Positions 1-13,413 of a DNA stretch of 64,000 bases are shown piece by piece (positions within the stretch are counted from its first letter, which is position 1; the number at the start of each line of letters is the position of its first letter). Source of the stretch: Intoshia linei (lineage: Eukaryota; Animalia; Orthonectida); contig LWCA01000057.1 of the NCBI GenBank assembly GCA_001642005.1, positions 1,550 through 65,549 of the forward strand. Direction: 5' to 3'. The translations under genes were made by a program, and so were the position numbers. The notes under the pieces were generated by a model that worked only from the letters and a program-made list of their open reading frames with translations, had not been told where the DNA came from and searched no databases.

Positions 1-3000
1 TTTGGAAGATAATTCGAAATTTATACCAGAATTGTGTTCCGGTTTATTTGATTTAGACCCTTCTCAGTAAATTTTAAAAATTCTTACTTTATTTGTATAT
101 TTATAGATCTGATGAATCAGTTTCATCTACTTTTACGAAATCGCACTCAGAATCATGTGTTAATTATGAAAGTAATTTTTAATATATTTTTATAGGTTTT
201 AACATTGACTATAAATACATTTTTATTTATGTTAGAATACCGACAATTTAAAGAAAACCATATTGAAGACTCTAATGATTCAAACATTTTGAACAAAATT
301 GAATCTAATAGAAGGTATTGTATTTTTTTCATTTAAAAAATTTTTTTAAATTTATTATCTAGGAAAAATGATTTTATGGATAATGAAGCTGAATTGTCAG
401 GTATGTTATTTTTTTATTTTTTATTTACATACATTAACATTTTAATTTTTTAGGTAGCGATCACAATGATGATATGGAAGATTGTGAATTTGGAGATGAT
501 TATTATGAATCTGATGAAATTACTGAAGACTTACCCTCTCAAAATAAAATTAAATCTCAAATAGACAAGGTTCACGTGTAATTTAAGAATTTTTATTTAT
601 ATTATCAAATTTACCTTTCAGAAAAATTATGAAAGACGTTGATGATGATAAAATTGATAAGATTAAAGAAATGTTGCATATAAATGAGGATGGTACAATT
701 GGTTCTAAACGTGTACGTAAATTTAAATGGAAATATTCTGAAAATGGTATTTTATTTATATAATCCTAATCGTTTTTCTAACTAAATTGGTTGAAACGTT
801 TATTGGGAATAGGGGAAATTACGAGTGCTTTAGTGGTCCGCGATAAATTTTATAATTTATTACCGACCCGTGACGAAAAAGTGTAGTAATGGATTAATTT
901 ACTGGATTAATCATTACTGAAGGAAAAAATGTTACCATGCTAGGTAGAAATGCTTGCATAATTACATGAACATGTATGTATTTAAAATTTAAAATCTAGT
1001 TTCTTTTGCAATTCCTTAAAATCTGACAGTTGGCACGTTTTCTTTTGTCTAAAATTAAAAGTTAAATTATAAGTAAAATTTTAAATCGACCATAGATTGG
1101 AGGCACGTGCAGTCAGTAAATAAAAATATGAATGATTGAAATCAATCGAATATCAAGAGATTCGTGTTTTCATATATATTGACATTTTGCTTTTCACTTG
1201 TAAATTAATATTAAATTATTAAACTGTAAGTTGACTGTTTTGTACTACGTACAAACAGCACCTAACTTTGCCGAGGGGGACTTTTTTTTAATTTTACCAA
1301 AATAATAAATTAAATAAGAAAATCTAACTTAAAATGCGACTATATACTATTATCAATCCTTTATTTACTTTAAAGCAGGACTTCCCAACCTGGTCATATC
1401 GCCCACCTCTGGACGATTTTTAAATTTCAACGTTGCTATAAATCCTTTTGTAAAGCCTATAAATTTATTTTCTTTTGGCAATGTAATGTCTAAAACGTAA
1501 TGTCAAGCTTTACATTAAATTTTAATTACAAAAAACTTCCTTATTTATTAAAAATTTTTAGTTTTTAAATAGATTATTCTACAGGTGGGCAATAAAAAAT
1601 TATATCACCATAAAAATGCAACAAGTGGGCGATGCATGAAAAAAGATGATGCAGCCCTGATTTATAGGAATGGTTCCCAAACTTGTTTTACGTGGACCCG
1701 TTCTATTACATTACTTTTAATTTTAAGTGAATTATACCACCTTAATTTTATTTTGTTAACATTTTTGTAAAGAATTTTAAAAACAATTAACCTTAATTAA
1801 AGATGATATATATTCAGTATCTGCTTTAGATGTCAAAAATATCAATTTTTTATCAATAATTAACGGAATCAACACTTTAGAAACATATTTCGGATAAATT
1901 TTAACCAACATTGCAAAGCATTGTAATAAATATAAAAAATTTTGAAAATTAAAAATTGCGTACCAATAAAAAAAATTCCGAAGATATGAATTATATAGTG
2001 TTTCACCCATATTTCTTTATTGGAAATGTGTAGACGTTCAATGTCAATTTTTCGAAATAAAAAAAAATGAATACCAAAGTTCTTTTTTGACCGTGAAGGC
2101 GTGACTTTATCAGATTAAAATTTTTTGTGTGTTAACTGGATATACCTGTATCATCTGTAATTTTTTAAACAAGACTTATTTTCTTAAATGAACTGGACCA
2201 GACAAACAAACAGACATACTTTTTTAACTAAATTCTTACTTATATAATATGCTACGCAATATTTGTATATATGTATGTTCCACAATATTTCAATAACTAC
2301 CAGTTTTAGAATAATATAAAGTCCACATTTCAATTACAGTTTTTTCCGGGTGATAATAAGATACATTTCAATCTTTCAATCTCACATCTTACGGGTCAAA
2401 AACCCCAATTGTCCTTTTTTTGAAAATCAAACGAGTTGGAGAATTTAAAAACATATATACGCTGATACGGATTTTAAAATCATAAACATTATCATAAATT
2501 TAAAAAAATTACATCTTCAAGGTCAAAACTACAAATTACCATTTTTTTTATGAAAACAGCCCTAGAATTTAAAAAAATTAAAGGTGGTACAGTTGTATTC
2601 TGTTACTGAAACAAGTTTGGGAACCACTCCTTTAAAGGATTGATAATAGTGAATAGTAGGATTTTTAAGTTAGATTTTCAACGTGAATTTATTTTTTAAG
2701 TATAATAAAAATGTGCTCTCGGCAGAGCTAGGTCCTGTTTGTACGTAGTATAGCGTAAATTTATTTTTTTGTATAATAAAAATGTGCCTTCGGCAGAGCT
2801 AGGTGCTGTTTGTACGTAGTACATAACATTCAACTCAGTTACTTTATATAAGTAAGGAGTAAAATGATAAAATTCAAATAAATTTCAACTTCAGAAATTT
2901 GCATCTTCCTGATCAAACGCATGTTATCATACATCAGAGGTCGGCAACCTTTTGCGTCTCTTGTCACTTTTTTATATTCTTTATAGACATTGTCTAATTG

Positions 3001-4309
3001 TATGTTTATATTATTATAAAAAAATTATATGGGTCCCGTTGTTGAAAATTTACACATGATACATTTCAATTTTAACTTAAGAGAAAGGGTTTTATTATAT
3101 TCAACAAAATAATATCAAGGCCGATCTGAAAATTCAGACTTGAAATGAATATAATGAGCCAATTATAGTAGAAAATGTTAGAACAGTGTTTAAAGATTGA
3201 AAAATTTAAAAATAAATAATTTATTCAAAGGACCATCAAAATTATTCTGTGTGCCACTGGTTGCCGACCCCTGTCATACAGTATCGTGAAATACAAATGT
3301 ATTTTATTTATATTAAATGGTAACTTACCATTGGTAAGTGTATGTTAACTAGAAATGGATCCATTGAAATTTTTATTTCTTTAATGAGTTCACGCCGAGC
3401 GGCGATACTGAAGCTTTTTTATAAATTTTAACTAATCCCATGTGTTTTAATGATTATTTTCTGATTCCCATGTAAAAGGAATGTTTATATTTTGTGAATT
3501 GTAGTAACAGTGTGATATTGTTTTTAAGAATCTCGAATAAAACATCTGGTGGTATATCTGAAAGTTATTCCCCGTCTGATTTTTATTTCAAATTGTAAAC
3601 TTAGCCCCAGAAAAGGATGTAATCATTGTTATTACTGATTATTAAATTTTAGAGAATGCTAATTTTGCATTGGCACATAAAGACGGATTTGATGAACCAC
3701 CTCCAAAGGATAATGTAAATTCATTAGAAATTTCTGACGATACATTGTCAAATAGCGTATGGCGGAAAGAATGTTTAAAACGCAAAAGAATGATGGATAA
3801 GGTTTCGATTTTATTGATTATGTAACATATTTTATGTATTAATTAATATTAATTTGAATTATTGGAATTATTTGAATTATTGATATGACATAGCAATAGG
3901 ATGAGTATAATTATTTGAATAAAAAAATCGGATTAAATGTCTATCGAGTATTGATAATTTATTGTTTAGAATATGAATTCGACGCAATTGGACCATAAAA
4001 GTTTACTTGGAAAAGGATTATCGTTTATAAAAAATGGAAAAATAAATAGAAATACCATAAATATTCGAAACAATGTAATGCATTTTTATAATGTTAATTA
4101 AATTTTAGATTTCTGGAGACGATTCTAGTAAAAAGTACAACAAATCTTCAATATTATCCAACATTCTGAATCATAACGAATTGGTAGAGTCTACCAAAAG
4201 TGCATCAGTATCTTCTTTACCAAAGCATTACATTAATCAAGTTTCCTCAAATACCTCTTCATCAAAATCTCGGAAAAATTTTGTTTTTGAATCAATCAAA
4301 AAGCATTAG
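1..4309 (+). CDS. CLSPN: Claspin (Chk1 adaptor), 3' portion, multi-exon; 5' end outside window
   Basis: Manual splicing gives exons ~1-66, 107-171, 236-314, 363-400, 454-577, 622-746, 3653-3801, 3970-4074, 4109-4309 (TAG). Peptides ELCSGLF (Chk1-binding-like LC[ST]GxF), FMDNEAELSGSD, EDLPSQNKIKSQIDKVH, RVRKFKWK and C-terminal RKNFVF match conserved Claspin blocks as I recall them. Confidence 0.85.
1222..2225 (-). mobile_element. Non-autonomous Helitron-like element (family H1) in Claspin intron
   Basis: Reverse-complement 3' terminus TTGACTGTTTTGTACTACGTACAAACAGCACCTAACTTTGCCGAGG at ~1231-1276; internal modules shared with other copies; microsatellite-like GACAAACAAACAGAC near 2200. Confidence 0.65.
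1376..1658. mobile_element. Degenerate hAT-type MITE nested in the Helitron copy
   Basis: Ends CAGGACTTCCCAACC...GATGCAGCCCTG with internal CGCCCAC/GTGGGCG. It interrupts sequence that is contiguous in the copy near 2620-2650. Imperfect 8-bp TSD CTTTAAAG/ATTTATAG. Confidence 0.5.
2233..2840 (+). mobile_element. Helitron-like element (family H1) with tandemly duplicated 3' end
   Basis: 5' TTCTTACTTATATAATATGCTACGCAATATTTG; 3' CTCGGCAGAGCTAGGT.CTGTTTGTACGTAGTA present twice (~2718 and ~2789). Confidence 0.7.
2935..3273. mobile_element. hAT MITE
   Basis: TIR CAGAGGTCGGCAACC / GGTTGCCGACCCCTG; 8-bp TSD TCATACAT/TCATACAG (7/8 match). Confidence 0.8.
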
Positions 4310-4439
4310 TAATTTTGATAATTTGCATTGTGTAATATAATATTTAAATCAATAATTTTAATTAAAATTGCTCATAATTTTAAATTTTAATTAAATTAAA
4401 TTGTATTATCAATTGACTTGATTTTAATTATTGAATTTT

Positions 4440-5467
4440 TTCAGAATTGTTAATTTAAAAGTGTAAAATTCTTCACCTGCGGTCAGTTATCTAATGTAAT
4501 TTTGACGTGTATAAATTACCGGAGACGTTTTAATTTGTTTCAATATGCGACAAGTGTTTTGAAAATGACTTGGTGCAATACCAGCTGTAGGGTAATAATT
4601 TGCAAGTATTTGCAGAATCATGTCAATTCTGCTTTACTATTTCGTGAAGCATCTGCAATTGGTTTTGCATTCAAATCAAATATTTGCGATTAATCTATAG
4701 GTACGTTATCTGCTACTTTATAAAAATGTATACAATTGCCGTTATAAGAGATTCTTTGGAGATAAATTAAATATATTTATCAGTGACGACGCCGACACTG
4801 TTTACCATCATTCGAAAAATTTAATTTGTGCATGACTCGTATGCGATGTTTACAATGTAATAAAATTTCGTGGTGAAATAACTAAGGTATTTTATTACAG
4901 CATTTATACCTACATATCAGAGTGCAACAATTCAATACATTCGGAATGCGTAATTTTATATTGTACGTTCGTAATTAGTTTACATGATTAAATTAAACCA
5001 GGTCACCACACTCTAATTTATATTTGCGTTTTTTCCGCATACAGCCTTATATTATTCGTATTCCGATTACAATTTGTCTGTGTATATACACTTTAGTTAT
5101 CCAATTTTTACAACTAATTCTCATCTCATCTCTGGTATTTCTACTAAAATGATACACTTTTGTTTGTTTTTCAATTTTCATTAACGCTAATGTTTACATG
5201 ATAAAATCAATTTTGAGACATTTTAATTTATAGGCGTGGTTATTCAGTTTATATACTAATGATCAATACATTTTACTCCTATAAATAATGTACATCACCA
5301 CTTCACTAGCAGATGGCCACGTATTATTTACATATTATGTAGCTTAGCCAATCATAGATTTAAGATGATACCGTTAAAATTATGTTATTATTGTTACACA
5401 AATTTTGGATAATCATTCTATACATATTGTAATTTTTTGTAAATCAAATCTACGTTAAATAATAACA
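4440..5467 (+). promoter_or_regulatory. Putative INSM upstream regulatory region
   Basis: No recognisable TE. E-boxes CACCTG (4474), CAGCTG (4582), CATCTG (4650), CAGATGG (5310); forkhead TGTTTAC (4799, 4847, 5191); GGCGTGG (~5232); CCAAT (~5348). Confidence 0.4.
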
Positions 5468-7018
5468 ATGACAAACAGTGGTTTTTTGATTAGCGATATA
5501 ATGAGGAAACAAGTTAATAAATTGAACAAACCAATTCCAAACGATTTATCTAAAGGAAATGATGGCATGTCCTCTGGTATTTTGGAAGCGATTTTGAGAA
5601 ACAATCGACAAATGAGTAATAGAATTGATGCGCAAAGGGTTAATGAATATTGGAACCAGTTGGCATATTTCTATGAATTTCAAAAATTGAAATATTATTA
5701 CAAGATGAATAATGTCAATAATTTTCAAAATATGAGTGGTGTAGGTTTTAATTTAATGAATCAACGTGAAAATTTATCAAACGTACAATCCAATTTCTAT
5801 CCTCAAATGGCCAATAATTATAATTTCAATCATGCTACCTCAAATTCCAATTATTTTCACGAAAATTTAAACCCGGAAGAACAAGTGCATTTATTTAATA
5901 AATATATAAACGTTAAACCTCAAGATTTAAGAAACAAAATTAAAATTGATTCTTCAGAATATGATAAAAACGTTCAACAAAATTTACGACGTAAACGCAA
6001 GTCTTGTAAAACGCAGAGATACAATCGTAAAAATAGTTTTGTTCAAAATGAAAAAGATTCTTTACCTCTTTCAGGACTCTATATCATTGACCCAATAAAT
6101 TTAAAAACAATAACCTCCCCTCAATCAGACGGCAATAATTTTATGAAACCTCACCAATTTATCAATAAAAGCAAATCTGTTGAATTATCAAATCCATTTT
6201 CCAGTACTTTAAATTCCTCTCATAAAAAAACTATTTCAGAGGGCGAAGTTGGGAAAAGTCCCGTTAAAAAGTTTTCACCTAAAAAAAGACTTTTAGACTC
6301 AAGCAGTCTATTGAATGGCAGTTTACCTAAAAAACAGAAATGTGTTGATGAGGATTTACAAAATACTGACATTTCTGAAGAATGGAACGCTATTGATGTT
6401 TCTGTTGAGGCCAGAAAGAAATTGGAAAAAATTAAAAATACTATTGGAGATTTTATTTGTAAATTATGTACTGTTAAATATGAAGATGCCTTCAAGTTGG
6501 CTAAACATCGCTGTCCCAGAATTGCTTATATGGTAAATTTTTTATTTTCATTTTCATTTCAGTTTTTTTTATTCTTTTATAATTTTTATTTTAATTATTA
6601 TTTTGTTAATTTCACAATTTAGGAATACAAATGTCCAGAATGTACTAAGCAATTTAATAGCCCGGCAAATTTAGCATCTCATCGAAGGTGGCACAAACCC
6701 ATTCCGCATAAAGTGTTCAAAAAATACCTCAAACCCAATTTGTGTAATTTTTGTCAACATACCTTTAAAAGCACATCAGACTTACTCAAACATAAAGTCG
6801 AAATGCATGGATTTCAAGAATCCGATTCAGTTTCATTCAATGAACCAAAAACTCTTAAACCTGCACAATTGTTCAAATCACAGGATGATAATTCCAAAAA
6901 TTTCTACAATATCGATAAAGACATGAAATTTTTATCAAATATTGACCTAAAACTTAACTTTCCATCAAATTGCACACAAGATATTTCAAAATCACAACAA
7001 ATAGACGTTGTCAATTAA
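5468..7018 (+). CDS. INSM1: INSM/IA-1 family zinc-finger transcription factor (nerfin/egl-46/Insm1 orthologue), 3 fingers
   Basis: Exons 5468-6532 and 6623-7018. [27 protein letters not shown] plus [26 protein letters not shown] is the diagnostic INSM ZF1-ZF2 pair; third finger CNFC...HKVEMH. Confidence 0.93.
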
Positions 7019-7899
7019 TTTAAATACATATATCTGTTAATTTTATTATTTGGTATTTTTATGTATATGGTATTGACCCAATGGGCAGATTGTTTCATTT
7101 TTATATTTTTCGGCTTTTTATGCATTTATTTATCTGTAATGTTTCATTTATATACGTGCATTTTTAAAATACTGTTTCCACCTGCCTAGTCGAACCATTA
7201 TCATAAAAAATTTGTTACATGATTGCGGAACTATTTTATATTAGTCATCTGCACTCACATCTGTTTTAACATGTAGGATATTTCTGCACCAACATTAAAA
7301 ATCGAAATGTAAACAACAATCTTATTCTTTGATGCTATACTGGTCAATTACCAGTAATACTCTTTTAATGTTTATATTTAATACACAATCAGTGCATTAT
7401 AGCTGTTGCTAATTTGGTATTTTCTTTAATCCTTTTTAATCCAGGATATTACAACCGGAAACCTATTCAAAGCAATATATTGCATTTAAAGATTAGAGAT
7501 ATATCAAAGATTAAATTTTACCAGATTTGCTATTAGCTGAAATTATGAACATGACAGATCAAAGGAAATATAATAAGATATGCTCATCGTTTTTCTTTTG
7601 TAAAATTAGTTTTATTATTCTAGAAAAAAAATTGATAATTTTAATAAAATTAGTGACTCACACAACTAAACATGAATGTAAACAATACAAGTGCAAATAG
7701 GGGCAAATTTATCAGATAGCTGTTTTTCAAATTTGTGTATTTTTACATGTTATGAAATTATTGTAATCAATTGTACAAATATTTTGAAAAATTACTTTGC
7801 ACGGTTTTAAATGTTGCATTTATTTACTTAATTTTAAATTTTTGAAATGTTAATTGTATAAAATATTTTTATGACTTAGAAATTATATATCAAGGGTAT

Positions 7900-10800
7900 A
7901 AGACATGCCATTCTTCCGTTAATTTAATTTAAATTTACTGCAAACTCATAAAATCATAAGCATTATCATAAATGGCACCATCAAAAAATGCATTTTCAAG
8001 ATCAAAATCCCAGATTACCTTTTTTTTTTAAAAATGAAAATATTTCTAGAATTTTAAAAAAAATTACAGCTGATATATTTATATCCAGTGAACACACAAA
8101 AAAAATTTCAATCTGAAAAAGTGACGCCTTCACGGTAAAAAAAGCACTTTAATATTAATTTTTTTTTATTTAGAAACTATTTTATTAACTATTTTGTAAA
8201 CCAACAAATTTAAAAGACTTAAGTCCTACAATTAAAAAAAAAATTAATCTGATACAGATTAATTCAGTTGAAGCAAAATACAAAATTTCAACCCCAGAAA
8301 TCTACGCATTCTCAGTGAAAAATAACTTTTAATATATTATCAACCAATATTTTTCAAATGTTTGGATCAAAATTAAGAATGAAAAAGTAAATACTTATTC
8401 TACAATTTAAAAAAAATATGCATTGAACGTCTACACAAATCAAATAAAGAGATATGGGTCGAAATCTCATAAATTAATTTCTTCGGTCTTGAACCAAAAT
8501 TGTTCAAGAATGAAATTGACCAATATCAATCATACATTAACTAAATTTTTTACAAATGATGCGTAGTACTATATCCCTAGTCACCTCTCCAAGACCGTGC
8601 ACAGATCTCGAGTTCAGACTCTGGACTTACAGTTTAAATTTGACACAAAATTGTTGATATTAAAAAATATATTTTTTTATTTGAATACTGTTACTGACCA
8701 GTGGCGGATCTAAGATTTTCAGCCAGGTGGCGAAATAATCATTGCGAGCTAAACTCATATAATGTATTTAAATTTGAATTTTTATGAATATATTTCTTTA
8801 TCTATAATTATAATCCTTACTTATAAAATTTTGCTATGCAATATTTGTTTGTGTGTGTTACCGTTTATTTCAATAACTACCAGTCTTAGGATTTTATAAA
8901 GTCCACCTTTCAATTACAATTTTTTTATTAGGGGTGTTAGCAAAAAAATTTCAATTTCCAAACTCACATCTTACGGATCAAAAAGCTCAAATGTTTTTTT
9001 TTTGAAAATCAAAGGAGTTCGAAAATTTAAAAAAATATATCTTCAGGGCCAAAACCACAAATTACCTTTTTTTTAATGAAAACAGCCCTAGAATTTAAAA
9101 AAATTTACAGGTGGTACAGTTTATCCTGAAACAACTGCATCAAAATCGACATTTCGGAAAGTTCTCTTTGGATTATGAACAACGTTAAGTCCGATAATTA
9201 TCGGACTATAATTGAACTTAAACTGCTGTTAAACTCCGATAAAAAATTAATATACATAAAAAGTTAATAATGATAAGCATAATCCAATAAACGCAATTTG
9301 ATGGATTCTAAAAATTTTTAATTTTACACAATGTTAATATACAAATTAAAATATTGTAGGGTACATTTGTCACGCCAGGGGGTGACCTTCCTGCATTACA
9401 CCTATATCTTATACTGTTACTGACATATCAATATATCATATTCAATACGGTCTTAAATTTGAATTTTTTATACATTTGAATTTATTGAATTTATAAATAA
9501 CTCATTTACATTTCATTATCATCAATTTCTAAAATTTTAATAATTATAAATCAAAATAACATGCAAATTTATAAGGTTTTACATTAAGTATCATGTATCA
9601 AATATTTTACTTTGTAAATTTAACATCAAAGTAAATTTTTATTTTACATTTTTAATTTTTAATTTTTGTAATGTTGATGATGCATGAATCATGATCACAC
9701 TAAGAATACATTCGTGTAAATTTAATTGTAGAAAATTGTTTGGACTTTGTACAAACAGCAGCTAGCTCTGCCGAAGGCCGAATTTTTATTAGTTAAGCAA
9801 TGAGTTTATTTTTCGAAATTGTAGAATGAATATTTTTAATTTTAATCCAAAAATTTGGAAAAAATTGATTGATAAAATATGAAGTTATTTTTTACTGGGA
9901 ATGCGTAGATTCCTGTCGTGGAAATTTTATATCTACATGAATGTATATCAACTGGAATAAGCTGTATCAGAATAATAATTTTTTAATGTAGGACAGTTAA
10001 TAATTTCAAATTTTTTGTTTAAAAATAGATACCAAATCAAAAAAGATGAATACCAAAGTGTTTTTTTGATCGTGAAGGCGTCACGTTGTCAGCTTGAAAT
10101 TTTTTGTATACACACATGTGTTAACTAGATTAACTTGTATCTTCATTTCATTTAATATTAATTAGTATTATTTTTTAAAATTATAGCACTGTTTTAATTT
10201 TTTAAAAAAATCGTAATCTGGACTTGATAGTGAAAATGCATTTTTTTCAGGTTGTCATTTATGATAATGCTGTATTCAGAATTTATGTTTTTATAAAATT
10301 TTAGGAATTTTATCATTTTTAAAACAAAAGATAATTTGTGGTTTTGAACAGAAAATGTCCGTTTCTGGGCTTAACTTTATGACAACGTTAATGATTTTAA
10401 CATTTTAAAACGCGTTCCAAAATTTATGTTTTTTTAAATTTTAGGGCTGATTCTACATATTTATAATATCTTAACTGTATTTGTAAATAAGAAGAAATTC
10501 TGTTTTTGACACTGAACGACTGAATTTCGTAAAATGAAACTTATATATAACATCATTCGAGAAAAGCTGCATAATAACTTCTTATTAAGAAGTTTGGTGT
10601 TTATATTCTACCACAGTTAATTTTTAAAATATACATTAACACACAATCAGACATTCAATTTTATATAAGTAAAGGATTTGTTCGTAGAGCTGAACCTACC
10701 AATCTCGAGGCCACCCAAAAATCAAAAATAGACCCTAAAATATATATACGCAAACGATTCGTAGTTTCATATAGCCCTAGCCACCTCTGCAATACTCTTG

Positions 10801-12530
10801 ACTGGAAATTTTAAATTAGCACACAAAATAATTATGATATTCAAGAAGACAATTTTTAATGGTCATTTTGGAAAAATGAGGATCTCGAAGAGGGTATCTG
10901 GTATATTATATTAGCTTGAGAACTTGTATTATATTGAAAATTGAAAAGAGATTGATGGTTTTTTAATATGATTGCTAGAAAAGAAATTAAGTAATCAAAT
11001 AAATTTATTTTATAAATTTAATTATATTCTTTTTTATAAATTGTAAGCTTTAATACATTGAGATTCATTTATAATGGAAATGAGTATTGACCCAAAATTA
11101 ACTATTTTTCAGAGTTTGATAGTTTATGTGCAATAAACACAATCCACTTTTATCAAAGCTTGTAGAGCAGATGTCGTCAATTTACGGTACGTACGATAAT
11201 TATCGTACTTATCATAGTTAATTTTGAAAAATTTGGCAGATAATTTACAGGCAAATAAATTATCAATTTATTTATTGATAAACTCTGTAAGTTTCAAGGT
11301 TGTGTACCTTTTTAACCCATTGAAACTCTTGTTGTAAAAACAAAGTAAAATGAACGCTCATGAAGTACTATTTTACATTTCATGACACAGTGAGTAGCAA
11401 TAAGGTAATACCGGTAAGATAAAAATTGTATGTTATACACTCCACGGTAAAAAACACAATGTACCGATATTTTTTAAAAATAAAATCTGCTCTAGAACTT
11501 AAAAAAACATGAATTCTGGAATTCTGGGACGCACTTTAAAATTAAAATCATTATTATTGTAAATCTCAGCTTCAGAGACGTATATCTTTATGGTATAAAC
11601 CCCAAATTACCCTTTTTTTAAAAATGTCATAAAATTTTATAAAACATTAATTCTAGGGTACTTTTTAAAATAATGAGCATTATCAAAATTTATAACATCA
11701 AAACCATAGATTACTCATTTCATAAAAATTAAAAGTCTTTAGAATTTAAAAAAGTTTATTCTGATACAATTTTATTCTAAATTTATTCCAGTTGATCTGT
11801 GTAACAATAATATAAAATTACATTCGTTTTTAACAGGACCGTGAACAGAAAATATTAGGTTCGAGAGATATCAACTAGAATAAGCTCTATCAGATTAAGC
11901 TTTTTTTTAATTTTCGGACAGTTAATTATTTCACATTTTTGGTTTTAATAAAATATTTCGGAAAAAAATATATGAATACTAAAATGCTTTTTTGACCGTG
12001 AAGGCGTCACTTATTCAGATTTAAAAATTTTGTGTGTGTTAACAGGATACAACTATACCACCTGTAATTTTTTATAAATTCTAGAGCTGTTTTCATTAAA
12101 AAAGGAGTAATTGGTGGTTTCGGCCCTTAAGAAGTATTGTACATGTACAAATTAGTCAGTTAAAAATACATGTCTGTTTATTATGTCTGTTTATTTTTCC
12201 ATTTATTTGTTACCATTTATTTAAGAAAGCAATGTGCCAGAGTTTTAAGTTTTCCAGGGTAAATTTTTATCGCAAATTCCATTTTCAGAAATTCAGTTCT
12301 TTAAGGTCAAAAAGCTCAATTATCCTTTTTGTATATTCAATCGAGTTTTAGAATTATAAAAAATCTAATAATGATTTTAAAATCATCAACATTATGATAC
12401 ATTTCAGTTTCAAAATCTTATATCTTATATATCTTCACGACCAAAACCACAAATTACCTTTTTTTAAAAAATGTAAATATTAATCTACAATTTGAAAAAA
12501 ATGTGCATTGAACGTATACACCAGGGATTC
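7900..12530. repeat. TE-dense intergenic block of nested and fragmented H1 Helitron-like copies in both orientations
   Basis: Recurring modules (CTAGAATTTAAAAAAATTACAGGTGGT, GTGACGCCTTCACGGTCAAAAAAGCA, CCACAAATTACC); termini at ~8815 (+ 5'), ~9745 (- 3') and ~10677 (- 5'). Confidence 0.7.
8699..9410. mobile_element. CAGTGGCGGATC-type MITE with nested Helitron fragment
   Basis: Left end CAGTGGCGGATCTAAGATTTTCAGCCAGG is shared with 51139. Flanked by direct repeat ATACTGTTACTGAC (8685-8698, 9411-9424). Helitron 5' end at ~8815. Confidence 0.6.
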
Positions 12531-13413
12531 TCAATCTGGACGATATCGCTCATTTAGGGTGATTTTTTTTCAGAGTAATCTTATTTTCAAATTGATATTA
12601 TAATTTTCTCATATTAAAAACATTAAATTGTGTTGATTTTGATATTTTAGACATAATTTTGAGATTATAGTTTTGATTCGTTTCTATTTCATTTTGCGAA
12701 ATCACATAAAAATACTGTTATTATGAGAAAAAGTAAGTAAAGTTCACAAGCAAGCAATTTGTTAAAACTGTTAAAATTTTAAAAATTCGGTTAAATATAC
12801 TGTATCATAAATTATTATAATGCACAAAAGTATTAGTTTAAACATTTTTGCTAGTTTATAATTATTAAGGAACCCATGATAAATTTTTTTGGAAGGGCGA
12901 TAATCTTGAAAAAATATTAGTTTTTTAATTTAGGTAGTGTGTCCAATGTACATTGTCCATAAGTACTTATTTTTTCAGAAAATTTCACAACTGCATTCAC
13001 GGATACGGTTGGCATTTTATTTCTATTTACAAATGTATATTCGTTATTTCAAATAACATACAATATGTAGTTATGTATTTACATGGTTAGATGTTACATG
13101 TATGCTAAAGTTTTAAGAAAAAATTCACGTTTACCAATCCTAAAAAATTAAATTTTATTAACACTTTAGTGCACTGACTCAATTTCTAACGAATTTCAAT
13201 TTCAAATTTGAGAAAACACTCTCCAAGATCATAACTTAACTTTTCAACAAATAAATTTAATTGTCGGAAATTTGATATAATAAAATTCATTCATCGTGAC
13301 ATTTTAAATTTCTTTCGTTCCTACAAATATAAAAAATATTTTATGGTAACTCAAGTACAATGTCTATTAAAATTTTTAAATAATGACAACAATGAACAAA
13401 TATATAGTACAAA

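Noticed and set aside
1585-2010. Short ORFs 1585-1770 and 1777-2010 (likewise 16611, 19458, 24778, 32923, 37912, 44285)
   Set aside because: They lie within repeats, are rich in F/L/I/K and show no motifs; spurious ORFs of AT-rich TE DNA.
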